From positions 47,052 through 111,051 of the forward strand of contig JBILMN010000001.1 of NCBI GenBank assembly GCA_044375465.1: 64,000 nt of DNA. Direction: 5' to 3'. This DNA comes from Oligoflexales bacterium. Lineage in GTDB: Bacteria; Bdellovibrionota_B; Oligoflexia; Oligoflexales; RGVZ01. Every line of letters starts with the position of its first letter. The stretch's first letter is position 1. The position numbers and the translations under genes are program-made. The notes beneath the pieces were generated by a model that saw only the letters and a program-made list of their open reading frames with translations, made no database searches and was not told where the DNA came from. This document shows positions 9,045 through 18,026 of this stretch, piece by piece.

Positions 9045-10298
9045 TTGAAGAAGTCTAAAAATGATCGAGACAAAGCCATGCAGCCGGTTGTGAAAGCGGC
9101 TGTTGCTGCGTCAGAGTCCTCAACGAAAGGATTTTCAGACAATACAACAACCCGAGCATCGCTTCAGATCGCTAGCGAAACATCGTCTGCGTCGCGACGG
9201 ACCGGCGACCCTGGTCAGTCGCTGATTCCTGCTCGACGCATTCATCACGTGCTGGAGCGAGCTAGGGGCAAAAATCTCCTAATCTGCATCAAAGGCTATC
9301 CAGATCCCGACAACATTGCGGCGGCTTTGTGTTTGCAGTGGTTGGCTCGTCACCATGACATCCGTACCAAAGTCCTGCATTTTGAGGAGATCTCCCATTA
9401 TGAGAACCGGGCACTGGTAAAAAAACTGGACATCGAGATAGAGGAATATCACCCCTCGCTGGACCTGAGTCAGTGGGATTATTTTGCGGTCAATGACGCC
9501 CAAAGCTGTGAGCTTCCCATTAAATTACCAGCTCAGTGTAACTTGCTGATTTTCGTCGACCATCATAAAGCTTTGGGAACCATCTCAGGAGAATTTGTCG
9601 ATATTCGCGAGCACAGCGGTTCGACCTCGGCGATTTATGCTGAATATTTGATCGATGGACCTACTAAATTTGAGGGCTCCAGCACTGAACAAACCAAGAT
9701 TGCCACCGCGATGATGCACGGCATCCGAAGCGACACGGATAATTTTGGCAACGCAACCCCCATGGATTACCGCGCTAGCGAATTCTTGGCAAAACATATG
9801 GATAAGGATTTGCTCAATCTCATTTCGCGGCAGTCGATCCCCGCGAAGACCATGGACTTGACCCAAATTGCTCTGCAACGTAAGGACATCAAAGGAACGT
9901 TCATGTTCGCTGGTGTTGGCTATGTCAGGGAGGAGGATCGCGATGGTATTGGGCAATGCGCGGACTATCTTTTACACCGTGAAGGAATTGACACAGTCAT
10001 TGTTTACGGCGTTGTGGGAAATGAATGGATTGATGGATCCCTGAGAACAAGGTCTCACACACTAGATCCCGACAAATGGATCAAGGATGTTTTTGGGCAA
10101 GACAAAAACGGTCAATTCTATGGCGGCGGACGCAAAGACAAAGGTGGGTTCCAAATTCCTCTGGGTGTCTTTGCCAATGTTTCAGACAAGGAACTACTTT
10201 GGATTTTGATCAAGAAGACTATCGATGAGCTCTTCTATGACAAAATCGGAGTTGACGGCAAGCCCGGCCACGACGAGATTCAATCCGGGAAAGTCTGA
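9045..10298 (+). CDS. DHH-family phosphoesterase (NrnA-like)
   Basis: AGGAGAGG RBS before the TTG start. DHH motifs are present: GYPDPDNIAAAL, FVDHHK, GSTSAIYAEYL, MHGIRSDTDNF. Confidence 0.75.
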   Translation: MKKSKNDRDKAMQPVVKAAVAASESSTKGFSDNTTTRASLQIASETSSASRRTGDPGQSLIPARRIHHVLERARGKNLLICIKGYPDPDNIAAALCLQWLARHHDIRTKVLHFEEISHYENRALVKKLDIEIEEYHPSLDLSQWDYFAVNDAQSCELPIKLPAQCNLLIFVDHHKALGTISGEFVDIREHSGSTSAIYAEYLIDGPTKFEGSSTEQTKIATAMMHGIRSDTDNFGNATPMDYRASEFLAKHMDKDLLNLISRQSIPAKTMDLTQIALQRKDIKGTFMFAGVGYVREEDRDGIGQCADYLLHREGIDTVIVYGVVGNEWIDGSLRTRSHTLDPDKWIKDVFGQDKNGQFYGGGRKDKGGFQIPLGVFANVSDKELLWILIKKTIDELFYDKIGVDGKPGHDEIQSGKV

Positions 10299-10329
10299 CA
10301 CAAATGATATTTATAATTTGGGCACAATC

Positions 10330-10656
10330 CTAGCGGCAGTTCATCTGGTTTTTGAGCCATTGGACAAAGCTATCATCAGAATTCTCAACCGGAACGATTA
10401 AAACACACGGTGTCTCATAGGAATGAATCTCGCGAATGCGCGCTGAGCATTGATCGACTAAAACTCGTGATGTTTTCACAATCATAACGGTTTCAGAATT
10501 GGTTTCCAGACGGGATTTCCATTCATAGATACTCTCCATGGTCGGAAAAATATTCACACATCCGGCAAGGCGACGCGTCACAATATCACGCCCGATTGTT
10601 CTAGCTTCCTCAATGTCCTTGCAGGTTACGTAAAGTAGCTTCACCGGATTGGTCAT
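10330..10656 (-). CDS. cutA: Divalent-cation tolerance protein CutA
   Basis: LAGCVNIFP..ESIYEWKSRLE...ETVMIVKT...HSYETPCVLIVPV is the CutA1 signature across the whole protein. Confidence 0.88.
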   Translation of the reverse strand: MTNPVKLLYVTCKDIEEARTIGRDIVTRRLAGCVNIFPTMESIYEWKSRLETNSETVMIVKTSRVLVDQCSARIREIHSYETPCVLIVPVENSDDSFVQWLKNQMNCR

Positions 10657-10679
10657 GATGTTTAAGCTTTCTCCCGTCG

Positions 10680-11906
10680 TTATTGTAGAATGAATTGCCT
10701 TTGTCCAATCGTGATTCGATTTGGATTTGGCGCGTTTTGAAGAGTCAGGGTTAAATCTCTTAGAACCGCAGGATGACTGAAAATATTCATATGACCGTGA
10801 CTTTCATCTGCATTTGGCAGATAGCGCATCGCGACGACGTCAATGACAGAATTTAATTGGGAAATCAAAAATCCATCGTGCCCTATCCGTGGTCCAAATT
10901 CTCCAGCTGCGAAGAAATTTAAGATTTTTGACAGTGCGAGCGGAATATCTGCAGCCGAAGGTCCGGGAAGGCTCTGCTCGATAAGGGTACCATTCACGTA
11001 AAGCGTGATGCGGTCCACGATCAACAGAAGATCTGGCAGTAGTGAACGGAAACGAAATAATTCCATATCCCCGCTGGCAAGCACTAGGTTTCGCACCGGG
11101 CATGGAAACGATGATTTTATGGTCGCAAAAGACGCGCCGGGTGCAAATTGCCGTTGATAATCGCGACTCAAAGCCGCGAGAGTTTCAACGGTCAGACGGG
11201 CTCCCATGCTGTGGGCGATCATGTTTATGTTGTGATACAGACGACCTTGACCGCAAGTGATGCCGATCAATTTTAAAAACTCATCAATATTCGCATCTGC
11301 TGACATGCGATCTTGGAGGTAGGGACGCGCAAAAAATGGCGCTCCGGTCGTAATCCACGATTCAATATTTGGGTCATCGACCGCCTTACCCTGGGATGGC
11401 CAATCAAAAATCAACGGTTTTGACCGAAATGCCGTGATTCCTGATCCTGGATTTTCAAGAGCGGCAAAAATCTCCGCACCGCGCTGGATAGCATTCTCAA
11501 AAGTATGGTTATAGCCATGGACAAAAAACGTGACTCTGGATTCAAGGTTCGGATCAAAAGCACCATGGATTAACTCCGAATTAAACGAAGCATCATCGAC
11601 ATACCGCTGCGGTACAGCAAGATTCAACTTCCCGATTTGGTAGTAAGGCGGCGTATCAAAATATAAAACGCCCTTTTCCGGCATTAAGGGCGATATATAC
11701 CCGGAATATGCGCTTCCCGTATCAACAGGGTTCGCGCTTGGAAGTCGCGTCGTATACCAATTGATGCGAACTTCGCCGGGTGGCGGCGTTTGATAGTCCC
11801 TGAGCCTGCCAGGTTGAGATCCCGTTGTCTTGCAGGCGGTGAAGAGCAATACGGGCCAAAATAACGCTAGATGTTTGATGATTTGAGCTGAATGCCTCGT
11901 TGCCAT
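10680..11906 (-). CDS. Alpha/beta hydrolase lipoprotein (DUF900-like esterase/lipase)
   Basis: Lipobox LLFTAC, FFVHGYNHTFENAIQRGAEIF, and nucleophile elbow AHSMGA. Confidence 0.65.
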   Translation of the reverse strand: MATRHSAQIIKHLALFWPVLLFTACKTTGSQPGRLRDYQTPPPGEVRINWYTTRLPSANPVDTGSAYSGYISPLMPEKGVLYFDTPPYYQIGKLNLAVPQRYVDDASFNSELIHGAFDPNLESRVTFFVHGYNHTFENAIQRGAEIFAALENPGSGITAFRSKPLIFDWPSQGKAVDDPNIESWITTGAPFFARPYLQDRMSADANIDEFLKLIGITCGQGRLYHNINMIAHSMGARLTVETLAALSRDYQRQFAPGASFATIKSSFPCPVRNLVLASGDMELFRFRSLLPDLLLIVDRITLYVNGTLIEQSLPGPSAADIPLALSKILNFFAAGEFGPRIGHDGFLISQLNSVIDVVAMRYLPNADESHGHMNIFSHPAVLRDLTLTLQNAPNPNRITIGQRQFILQ

Positions 11907-11932
11907 ACAGACAAGCCTTGTCCAGACCTTGA

Positions 11933-12328
11933 TCAGATTACTTGACTAAACGCACAGACCCCTGACATTTCCTTCATCACCGGAGACGCAGGATTTATTA
12001 ACTTGGATTGTTTACCTCCCTGAACGTCTTTTTGGCTGATGACCAGTCCCAGTTCCTGTCCATTGGAGTCGGCCTCAACAACAAGATTGTAGAGTTCGCC
12101 ATCCCGCGCCTCTAGCTCTTCGATAGCAGTTGTCTTAGTTTGACCGTAGTGAGTGATCTCGCCAAGACGTTTGATGTGCCCTTCAGCCGCAGGGTACATG
12201 GTCACAGTCACAAATGGTACGTCTGCATAAACATAGAATTGACAGGTGATTTTATCTTCAGTCTGGGCGATCGCACTTGTCATCGAGGTTATCAACGCCA
12301 GCAAACAAATCAACGCACGCATAGTCAC
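11933..12328 (-). CDS. Hypothetical secreted protein
   Basis: Signal peptide MTMRALICLLALITSMTSAIAQ. No domain recognised. Confidence 0.5.
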   Translation of the reverse strand: MTMRALICLLALITSMTSAIAQTEDKITCQFYVYADVPFVTVTMYPAAEGHIKRLGEITHYGQTKTTAIEELEARDGELYNLVVEADSNGQELGLVISQKDVQGGKQSKLINPASPVMKEMSGVCAFSQVI

Positions 12329-12359
12329 CTCCTGTAGGTTTTTGGGCTTACGTATTCTA

Positions 12360-13121
12360 TCATGGAAGGGTCTTGATCGTGATCTTTTTGAAGATCACCT
12401 GATCGCCATGGTGCTGGAGTAGAATACGTCCGGCCGGACCCTTGGCAAAATCTTTAATATTTTGAAATTTGCTCAGTTTCAGTCTGTTCTGAAAATCATC
12501 GCTGAACCGGTCAAATACCAAAATCTTGTGACCGTTGAGCCAATGCTCACCAACGCCATTCCTGTAAATGATTTTTGAATGATTGACGGTACCCGGCGGA
12601 TCGATCGTCTTATCGGGCCCGGGTGCATAGAGATCGTAAAGCGCTCCTGTCTGACGATGAGCACCCACACGTCCATCGGGATGCCTCGCATCATCAACAA
12701 TTTGGTATTCAAGTCCTACTGGTCCTATCGAGGGAGCGACTAGGTACTTCACTCCTGAATTCGCCCCATACGTGATGATCCAGCTGAATTGCAGATCAAA
12801 ATTTTTGAATGAACAATGTGTGACCAAATGACTGAATGGCCCACCAACTTTGGTCGTAAGCGTGTGGTCTTTGAACGTCCATCCTCCATTGGGCGACTGG
12901 CGGTCCGGGAGTTCGAAGAAAAATTTCGACCATGTCTCACCACCAAGGAGATCAACCGGTTGTTCCAGAGGAAACAGCTCAGCGCATTGGTGGTCCAATA
13001 AGATCGACTGCCCTGTGACAGACACTTCCTTAATCGAGGATTTATCCCCCGGAACACCCTGCGCCCCCGGGGATCTGCAACCTTGGATGAGGGCCATTCC
13101 GAGCCAAGCGGTGATGGTCAT
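12360..13121 (-). CDS. DUF1080 (3-keto-disaccharide hydrolase-like, concanavalin fold) exported protein
   Basis: GGWTFKDHTLT, NSGVKY, EYQIVDD, GALYDLYAP, NHSKIIYRNGVGEHWLNGHKI and ILLQHHGDQVIFKKITIK match the DUF1080 pattern. Confidence 0.7.
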   Translation of the reverse strand: MTITAWLGMALIQGCRSPGAQGVPGDKSSIKEVSVTGQSILLDHQCAELFPLEQPVDLLGGETWSKFFFELPDRQSPNGGWTFKDHTLTTKVGGPFSHLVTHCSFKNFDLQFSWIITYGANSGVKYLVAPSIGPVGLEYQIVDDARHPDGRVGAHRQTGALYDLYAPGPDKTIDPPGTVNHSKIIYRNGVGEHWLNGHKILVFDRFSDDFQNRLKLSKFQNIKDFAKGPAGRILLQHHGDQVIFKKITIKTLP

Positions 13122-13256
13122 TGAGCTTTTGATACCGACTCCTTTTTTGGGCGATTTTTAATCATTGCCCCTGTAAAAAATCTTGGGTTTGCCGTTGACG
13201 CTCCTGTTTGGCCAGAATATTCAGTGGATGCTCGATTTGATTTTACCGGAGGCTCT

Positions 13257-14414
13257 ATGTCTGACGCTATATTATTTCCAACTGAAGACCAACTCTCGGC
13301 GCTTTCTCAGCGCGTTGGCGGGTTGGTCTACGGCGTCTATTCGTTTCCGGCTATCGACCTACAGTCGTCAAAAAAAATGGCGGTCCAGATTGCCAGCGGG
13401 CAAACCCTTGGTTATGTGCCCGATAATCTGGAGATTTACGAAAACTTTGTCGGTCGGGTGGCTAAGGTTCAACAATCTGAACGCACGGGTTTTGTAGAAA
13501 TCGCCTACCCTGCTAGTCTATTCGCGACAGATATTGCCGGAGTTCTTACGGTACTTTTTGGCAAGATTTCCTTTTCCCCGGGACTACGCTTGGAGGCCAT
13601 TTACGGTGACGAAGCTTATTTGGGACGTCTGCAGGGCCCAAAATTTGGACTTGAGGGCATCCGTAAGCGCGCTGGTAAATCAAGTTCAAGTCACCCACTC
13701 TTGATGGCCATCTTGAAACCCGGTCTTGGCCCGTCCAATGCGCCTATCGCCGCGCAATTTGGTCACCTCGTCGCGGCTGGTACAGACCTGGTCAAAGACG
13801 ATGAGACCCGTATTGATATCTCGTTGGATGACGCCCTAAGACGTTTGGAAAAGGTTCTGACGGCTGGTGCGGGGCGTGGCATTTACGTAACACATTTGAC
13901 AGGGCCTGCCTTTGAATTGAGGGATCGAGCACTCCGCCTTCAAAAGGCTGGAGCTCAGGCATTTCTTTTTTGTCCCTACACCTACGGCCTGTCATGTCTT
14001 CAGGCTCTATGCGCCGATCCAGAGATCCAAGTGCCCATCTTCGCTCATCCAGCTTTCACGGGAGTCATGAGTTCAGGTACCTCTGCGATCTCACCCCAGG
14101 CGAGTCTCGGGACTTTGCTGCGATGGGCAGGCTGTGACGCAGTACTATATCCAAGCCCCTACGGATCCATTGCTTTGGCAAAACAAGATGCCAAACAGGT
14201 CCATGAGGCATTAGTGCGACGAGAAGGTTGCATACGGCAGACTGCTTCCGTACCATCTGCAGGCATCATGCCGGAGCACGTCGTCAGGATTAAAGAAGAT
14301 TTCGGATCAGATGTCGTTGTTAATGCCGGGACAGGAATGGCACGATCCGGCGGCGGTGTCGAGGCTGGTGCACGCGCCTTTATCGAGGAAATCACCAAGT
14401 ATTTTGGAGTCTGA
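13257..14414 (+). CDS. RuBisCO-like protein (form IV RLP), possibly a 2,3-diketo-5-methylthiopentyl-1-phosphate enolase
   Basis: GGAGG RBS before the ATG at 13257. ILKPGLGPS corresponds to RuBisCO KPKLGLS. LVKDDET is the KDDE motif. There is also FAHPAF and a C-terminal barrel. Confidence 0.75.
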   Translation: MSDAILFPTEDQLSALSQRVGGLVYGVYSFPAIDLQSSKKMAVQIASGQTLGYVPDNLEIYENFVGRVAKVQQSERTGFVEIAYPASLFATDIAGVLTVLFGKISFSPGLRLEAIYGDEAYLGRLQGPKFGLEGIRKRAGKSSSSHPLLMAILKPGLGPSNAPIAAQFGHLVAAGTDLVKDDETRIDISLDDALRRLEKVLTAGAGRGIYVTHLTGPAFELRDRALRLQKAGAQAFLFCPYTYGLSCLQALCADPEIQVPIFAHPAFTGVMSSGTSAISPQASLGTLLRWAGCDAVLYPSPYGSIALAKQDAKQVHEALVRREGCIRQTASVPSAGIMPEHVVRIKEDFGSDVVVNAGTGMARSGGGVEAGARAFIEEITKYFGV

Positions 14415-14420
14415 CCCACT

Positions 14421-15038
14421 ATGACGTCGCGTAACCCGTTTCCGTCGCCCACACCATTTGAGAAGGTCCTGCTTCAGGAGCTTGCTAAGGTCGCAGCGCG
14501 TTGCTACGAGCGCGGTTGGTCGTGGGGAACCGCAGGGAATTTCAGCATCCGCGGCCAGGACGGTCTCATCTGGCAGAGCCCTACGGGACTTTGTAAGGGC
14601 GAGCTAAGGCCTGATCTATTTGTAGCCGTGGAGCTTGCAACGGAATCTGCCATCGAACCTTGGACCCAAAAACCATCTGCTGAGATGCCTGTGCACGCGG
14701 GAATCTACAAGGCGGTCCCCACAGCACGATGCGTGGTTCACACCCATCCTCCCAAGGTCGTCGCCGCAAGCCGCGGGAGGCAACATCTCACTTTTCAGGG
14801 CGAAGAGATGGCTAAGGCTATGGGCCTGTTGAATCACCAGGACTCCTTGACCATTCCAATACTGCCTAACGGCACGCCCGAGGAGATGAAGGCTTATTCA
14901 GCACGAGTTAAAGTCGGCATACCGGACATCGCCAAAGTCGTGATTCTTGAAGGGCACGGCGTCTGGGCTTGGGGTAAAACTCCGATGGAGGCCCTGGCAT
15001 ACCTCGAAGCATTGGAGTTTTTATGCCTTCCCAAATGA
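14421..15038 (+). CDS. mtnB: Methylthioribulose-1-phosphate dehydratase (class II aldolase/adducin family)
   Basis: GWSWGTAGNFSIR, PSAEMPVHAGIY, CVVHTHPP, GEEMAKAMG, ILEGHGVWAWG and ALEFL are collinear MtnB motifs. Confidence 0.8.
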   Translation: MTSRNPFPSPTPFEKVLLQELAKVAARCYERGWSWGTAGNFSIRGQDGLIWQSPTGLCKGELRPDLFVAVELATESAIEPWTQKPSAEMPVHAGIYKAVPTARCVVHTHPPKVVAASRGRQHLTFQGEEMAKAMGLLNHQDSLTIPILPNGTPEEMKAYSARVKVGIPDIAKVVILEGHGVWAWGKTPMEALAYLEALEFLCLPK

Positions 15039-15769
15039 ATGAGGTCTCCAGAGCCATGGCCGTGAGCACCGTTAGTAAACCGAGTGATATGAATGACTTG
15101 ATTGATGCGCGTCATAAGATCGATGTGATTGACCTCGGACGTATGCGCTATGGAGAGGCTCTGCAGCGCCAAGAGACGATGCATGAGCAGGTTGTGAACG
15201 CACCGTCACGCCACACGATTTTCACAGTGGAGCACGAACCGGTACTGACCATGGGAAAAAATTCCGATGGAGCGCATTTGCTGTTCCCTAGGGATTTCTA
15301 CCTACAGCAAGGCATTGAGATTTTTGAAACCGAACGAGGCGGCCAGGTCACAGCCCACATGCCCGGTCAGTTAGTCATTTACCCTATTTTAAATATGACT
15401 GATCTTCAGCTTTCAGTGCGGGATTACGTCTGGCTGCTAGAGGAATCCGTGATTGCGACTCTGTCGATTTTTGGCATCAAGGCGCATCGCGATGACGAAC
15501 ATCCAGGCGTTTGGGTCGCTCATCAAAAAATTTGTGCTATTGGGGTGCGAGTCAAGGCCAGAACGTCCATGCACGGACTGGCACTGAACATTGACAATGA
15601 CCTGTCGTTATTCGGAAAGATTGTTCCATGCGGCATCAAGTTTCGTGGCGTAACCAGTATGGCACGTCTGCTCAACGCAAACATCGACTTTCATCGGGTG
15701 CAAAGCCTTCTTCTTGACCAAATTCTTGGTCGCCTCAGTTACCGGCGCCAGGGTAAGAATTGTACATGA
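15023..15769 (+). CDS. lipB: Octanoyl/lipoyl transferase
   Basis: LGRMRYGEALQRQ, TVEHEPVLTMGKN, ERGGQVTAHMPGQLVIYPIL, KICAIGVRV, SMHGLALNI and PCG. The exact start is uncertain, and the ORF overlaps the 3' end of mtnB. Confidence 0.88.
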   Translation: MPSQMNEVSRAMAVSTVSKPSDMNDLIDARHKIDVIDLGRMRYGEALQRQETMHEQVVNAPSRHTIFTVEHEPVLTMGKNSDGAHLLFPRDFYLQQGIEIFETERGGQVTAHMPGQLVIYPILNMTDLQLSVRDYVWLLEESVIATLSIFGIKAHRDDEHPGVWVAHQKICAIGVRVKARTSMHGLALNIDNDLSLFGKIVPCGIKFRGVTSMARLLNANIDFHRVQSLLLDQILGRLSYRRQGKNCT

Positions 15770-16049
15770 CAAAATAAAAACCGTGGTCGATTTCTGTTTT
15801 AATGCGGCGACCTCTGCTTTTGCAAAACGTGACGTAATTATTAAATGATTTTTCATCAGCGAAGCATTTAATCATCAATTTACAATCCGGACAAACCATC
15901 ATGGGGTTGTGAGCAACATGACTTCTTACGGTTTGACGGCAGCATTTGGCAAGACCCTGAAGCGTGCCCTCATCCATGATCGCGTCAAAACAAATGGACT
16001 TAGCGTCACTGGCATTAACGGCAGGGGTGGTTTGGGTGTCCGTGCTCAT
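15735..16049 (-). CDS. Hypothetical Cys-rich protein
   Basis: ORF with CC..., CPDCKLMIKC, possibly a zinc ribbon. Its 3' end overlaps lipB by 35 nt, so either the stop region or the gene itself is doubtful. Confidence 0.3.
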   Translation of the reverse strand: MSTDTQTTPAVNASDAKSICFDAIMDEGTLQGLAKCCRQTVRSHVAHNPMMVCPDCKLMIKCFADEKSFNNYVTFCKSRGRRIKTEIDHGFYFVMYNSYPGAGN

Positions 16050-16289
16050 TCAAGGGCATCCTTAAGGTTCAAGTTTGGTGCGCAGATATTAGCCACGAGG
16101 GGCATTAAATTCAATAGATTTCCATGGCCCCATGACGGGATCTTGGAATCTAATCCCTGAAAACAACTTGTTTATTTGACTTATCTCAAATTTGGGCATT
16201 TTCGTCCGAGGTATGGACCGTGACCGAGCGACGGACATTTATTGAAATAACGAAATGATTTCGGGTCATTCTCAACGAAGAGGCCACCG

Positions 16290-16589
16290 ATGGACCGTGA
16301 GACCTTAAGGCATCAACAAGAGCGACAAATGCTCGAGAGCTTGCGATTTAGTGTGTCATCACGAGCGGAGTCCCTTGCCATAGGCCGCCTCGCACATGAT
16401 CTTACGGCTGCTGCGACGGCCTTCATTTTGATGGTGGAAGAAGCTGAGCATCAGCTGGGGACAAGTCCAGACCTAAAGCAGCAATTGAAATTACAGCAGC
16501 TAAGAGATCACGCAAATCGCAACCAATTGATCATCACAAAAATTGCTGAGGCCCTGAGACAAAAAGACCCTTCGGGGGGAGCCCCATGA
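16290..16589 (+). CDS. Small helical protein with a histidine-kinase H-box-like motif (stand-alone DHp-like domain)
   Basis: ESLAIGRLAHDLTAAATAF resembles the HisKA H-box of NtrB/AtoS-type kinases. There is no ATP-binding domain. The stop overlaps the next start (ATGA). Confidence 0.5.
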   Translation: MDRETLRHQQERQMLESLRFSVSSRAESLAIGRLAHDLTAAATAFILMVEEAEHQLGTSPDLKQQLKLQQLRDHANRNQLIITKIAEALRQKDPSGGAP

Positions 16590-18019
16590 GACCCCCTGTC
16601 ATTTACCACGTCGACGATGAAGTACAGATTTTAGAGCGCTTTGAACGCCTTATCACAAAGGCTATTCCAACTGCGAGGCTAAAAGGCTTCTTTAACGCTC
16701 AAGCATTTGAGGCCGCACTCACGGAAGGGCAACCGGTGGATGTGTTTGTCATTGATGTGTTTTTGGATCATTCAGAAAGTCCCCGCGGCGTGGCGCTTGC
16801 GGAACTCTGCCGAAAACTCTATCCGGCTTCAGCTGTGATCCTATGCTCTTCTTCATCCGACCTGCGACTCATTAGGGATGGCATGACACGGGGTGCTGAC
16901 GATTTTATTGCCAAGGATGCGCCGCCACAAACGATTATCACTGCGATCAGTGCAGCCATGAGAGTTTATTTTGACCGCACGACCCAACAACCTATCCATG
17001 CATCAAAATATGTGGGAACAACCATTCGGGATATTGCCGAACGAATTCCGCGCCTTCTGCAGTCAGCGGTCAACGGCGTCTATATTGAGGGAGAAAGCGG
17101 TTCCGGCAAGGAAATTGTCGCCAATTTATTTGAATCTGCCATGCCCTCTGGGGTTCCATTTATCAAAGTCAATTGCGCCGCTTTATCGCCACAGTTGATA
17201 TCGAGTGAACTTTTCGGGCATGTGAAGGGAGCTTTCACGGGCGCCATCACAGAAAAAGAGGGTCTCCTTGAGGCTGCCGATGGCGGTTGGATTTTTTTAG
17301 ACGAGATCGCACTTATGCCGGCAGAGGCTCAGGGAGCTTTACTGCGTGCACTCGATAACCAAACCCTGCGGCGACTGGGATCCAACAAAGAGCGGCCTGT
17401 GAATTTCAGGGTTATTTCTGCCACCAATGAGTCTTTGGCAGCAAAAGTCTCTGAGGGAACATTCCGCAAAGATCTGTGGCAGAGGCTTTGTGAAACCGTA
17501 ATCACGCTTCCGCCCCTGCGCCTGAGGCGTCACGAGATTTCCGACCTCGTGCATTTTTTCTGCACGTCGATGCGCGGTGGACCATACACACTGGCCCCAC
17601 GCGTGCTTGATATTTTGCAGTCGTACGATTGGCGTGAGGGCAATGTTCGGGAATTACGCAATGCTTTGCGGGCGATGACCGAAAAAGCCGTAGATGGAAT
17701 TTTGACCCCTGCTTCGATCCCCGCGCACATTTGGGATGCAGTGGAAAGCTCAGCCCACGCAACCTCTGGTCGCCGCGGACTGCGCGTCAGTTGGGACGGC
17801 GATCAACGGCCTGACTTTGACCGCCTCGTCGCGGAGTTACTGCTTGAATTGATCAGAGCCGAGTTCAAATCGCGGGGACGTCTATCGGTCCGCGCCCTCG
17901 CCAAAGCCCTCGGAATTCCAAAGTCATCCATGCCCACAAAAATTAAAGCGCTCATCGACTCTAGGATCATAACCACCGAGGATCTGCAGACGATGATAAA
18001 AATGGCGGATGCAGACTAA
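16586..18019 (+). CDS. Sigma-54-dependent response regulator (NtrC family: REC, AAA+, HTH)
   Basis: REC domain (HVDDE..., VFVIDVFLD, FIAKD). AAA+ domain (GESGSGKE, ELFGHVKGAFTGA, IFLDEI, RVISATN). C-terminal HTH (LSVRALAKALGIPKSSM). Confidence 0.88.
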   Translation: MRPPVIYHVDDEVQILERFERLITKAIPTARLKGFFNAQAFEAALTEGQPVDVFVIDVFLDHSESPRGVALAELCRKLYPASAVILCSSSSDLRLIRDGMTRGADDFIAKDAPPQTIITAISAAMRVYFDRTTQQPIHASKYVGTTIRDIAERIPRLLQSAVNGVYIEGESGSGKEIVANLFESAMPSGVPFIKVNCAALSPQLISSELFGHVKGAFTGAITEKEGLLEAADGGWIFLDEIALMPAEAQGALLRALDNQTLRRLGSNKERPVNFRVISATNESLAAKVSEGTFRKDLWQRLCETVITLPPLRLRRHEISDLVHFFCTSMRGGPYTLAPRVLDILQSYDWREGNVRELRNALRAMTEKAVDGILTPASIPAHIWDAVESSAHATSGRRGLRVSWDGDQRPDFDRLVAELLLELIRAEFKSRGRLSVRALAKALGIPKSSMPTKIKALIDSRIITTEDLQTMIKMADAD

Positions 18020-18026
18020 TGCCGCT

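Noticed and set aside
15735-15769. A 35-nt convergent overlap between lipB and the Cys-rich ORF, as a possible antisense regulatory arrangement.
   Set aside because: This is more likely an annotation artefact. The reality and true extent of the Cys-rich ORF are uncertain, so I make no claim.
16213-16300. An 11-nt direct repeat ATGGACCGTGA at 16213 and 16290. The first copy opens a 10-codon uORF (MDRDRATDIY*) and the second is the start of the H-box mini-protein.
   Set aside because: A single short repeat with no obvious RBS before the first copy could be chance. It is not enough to call a leader peptide.
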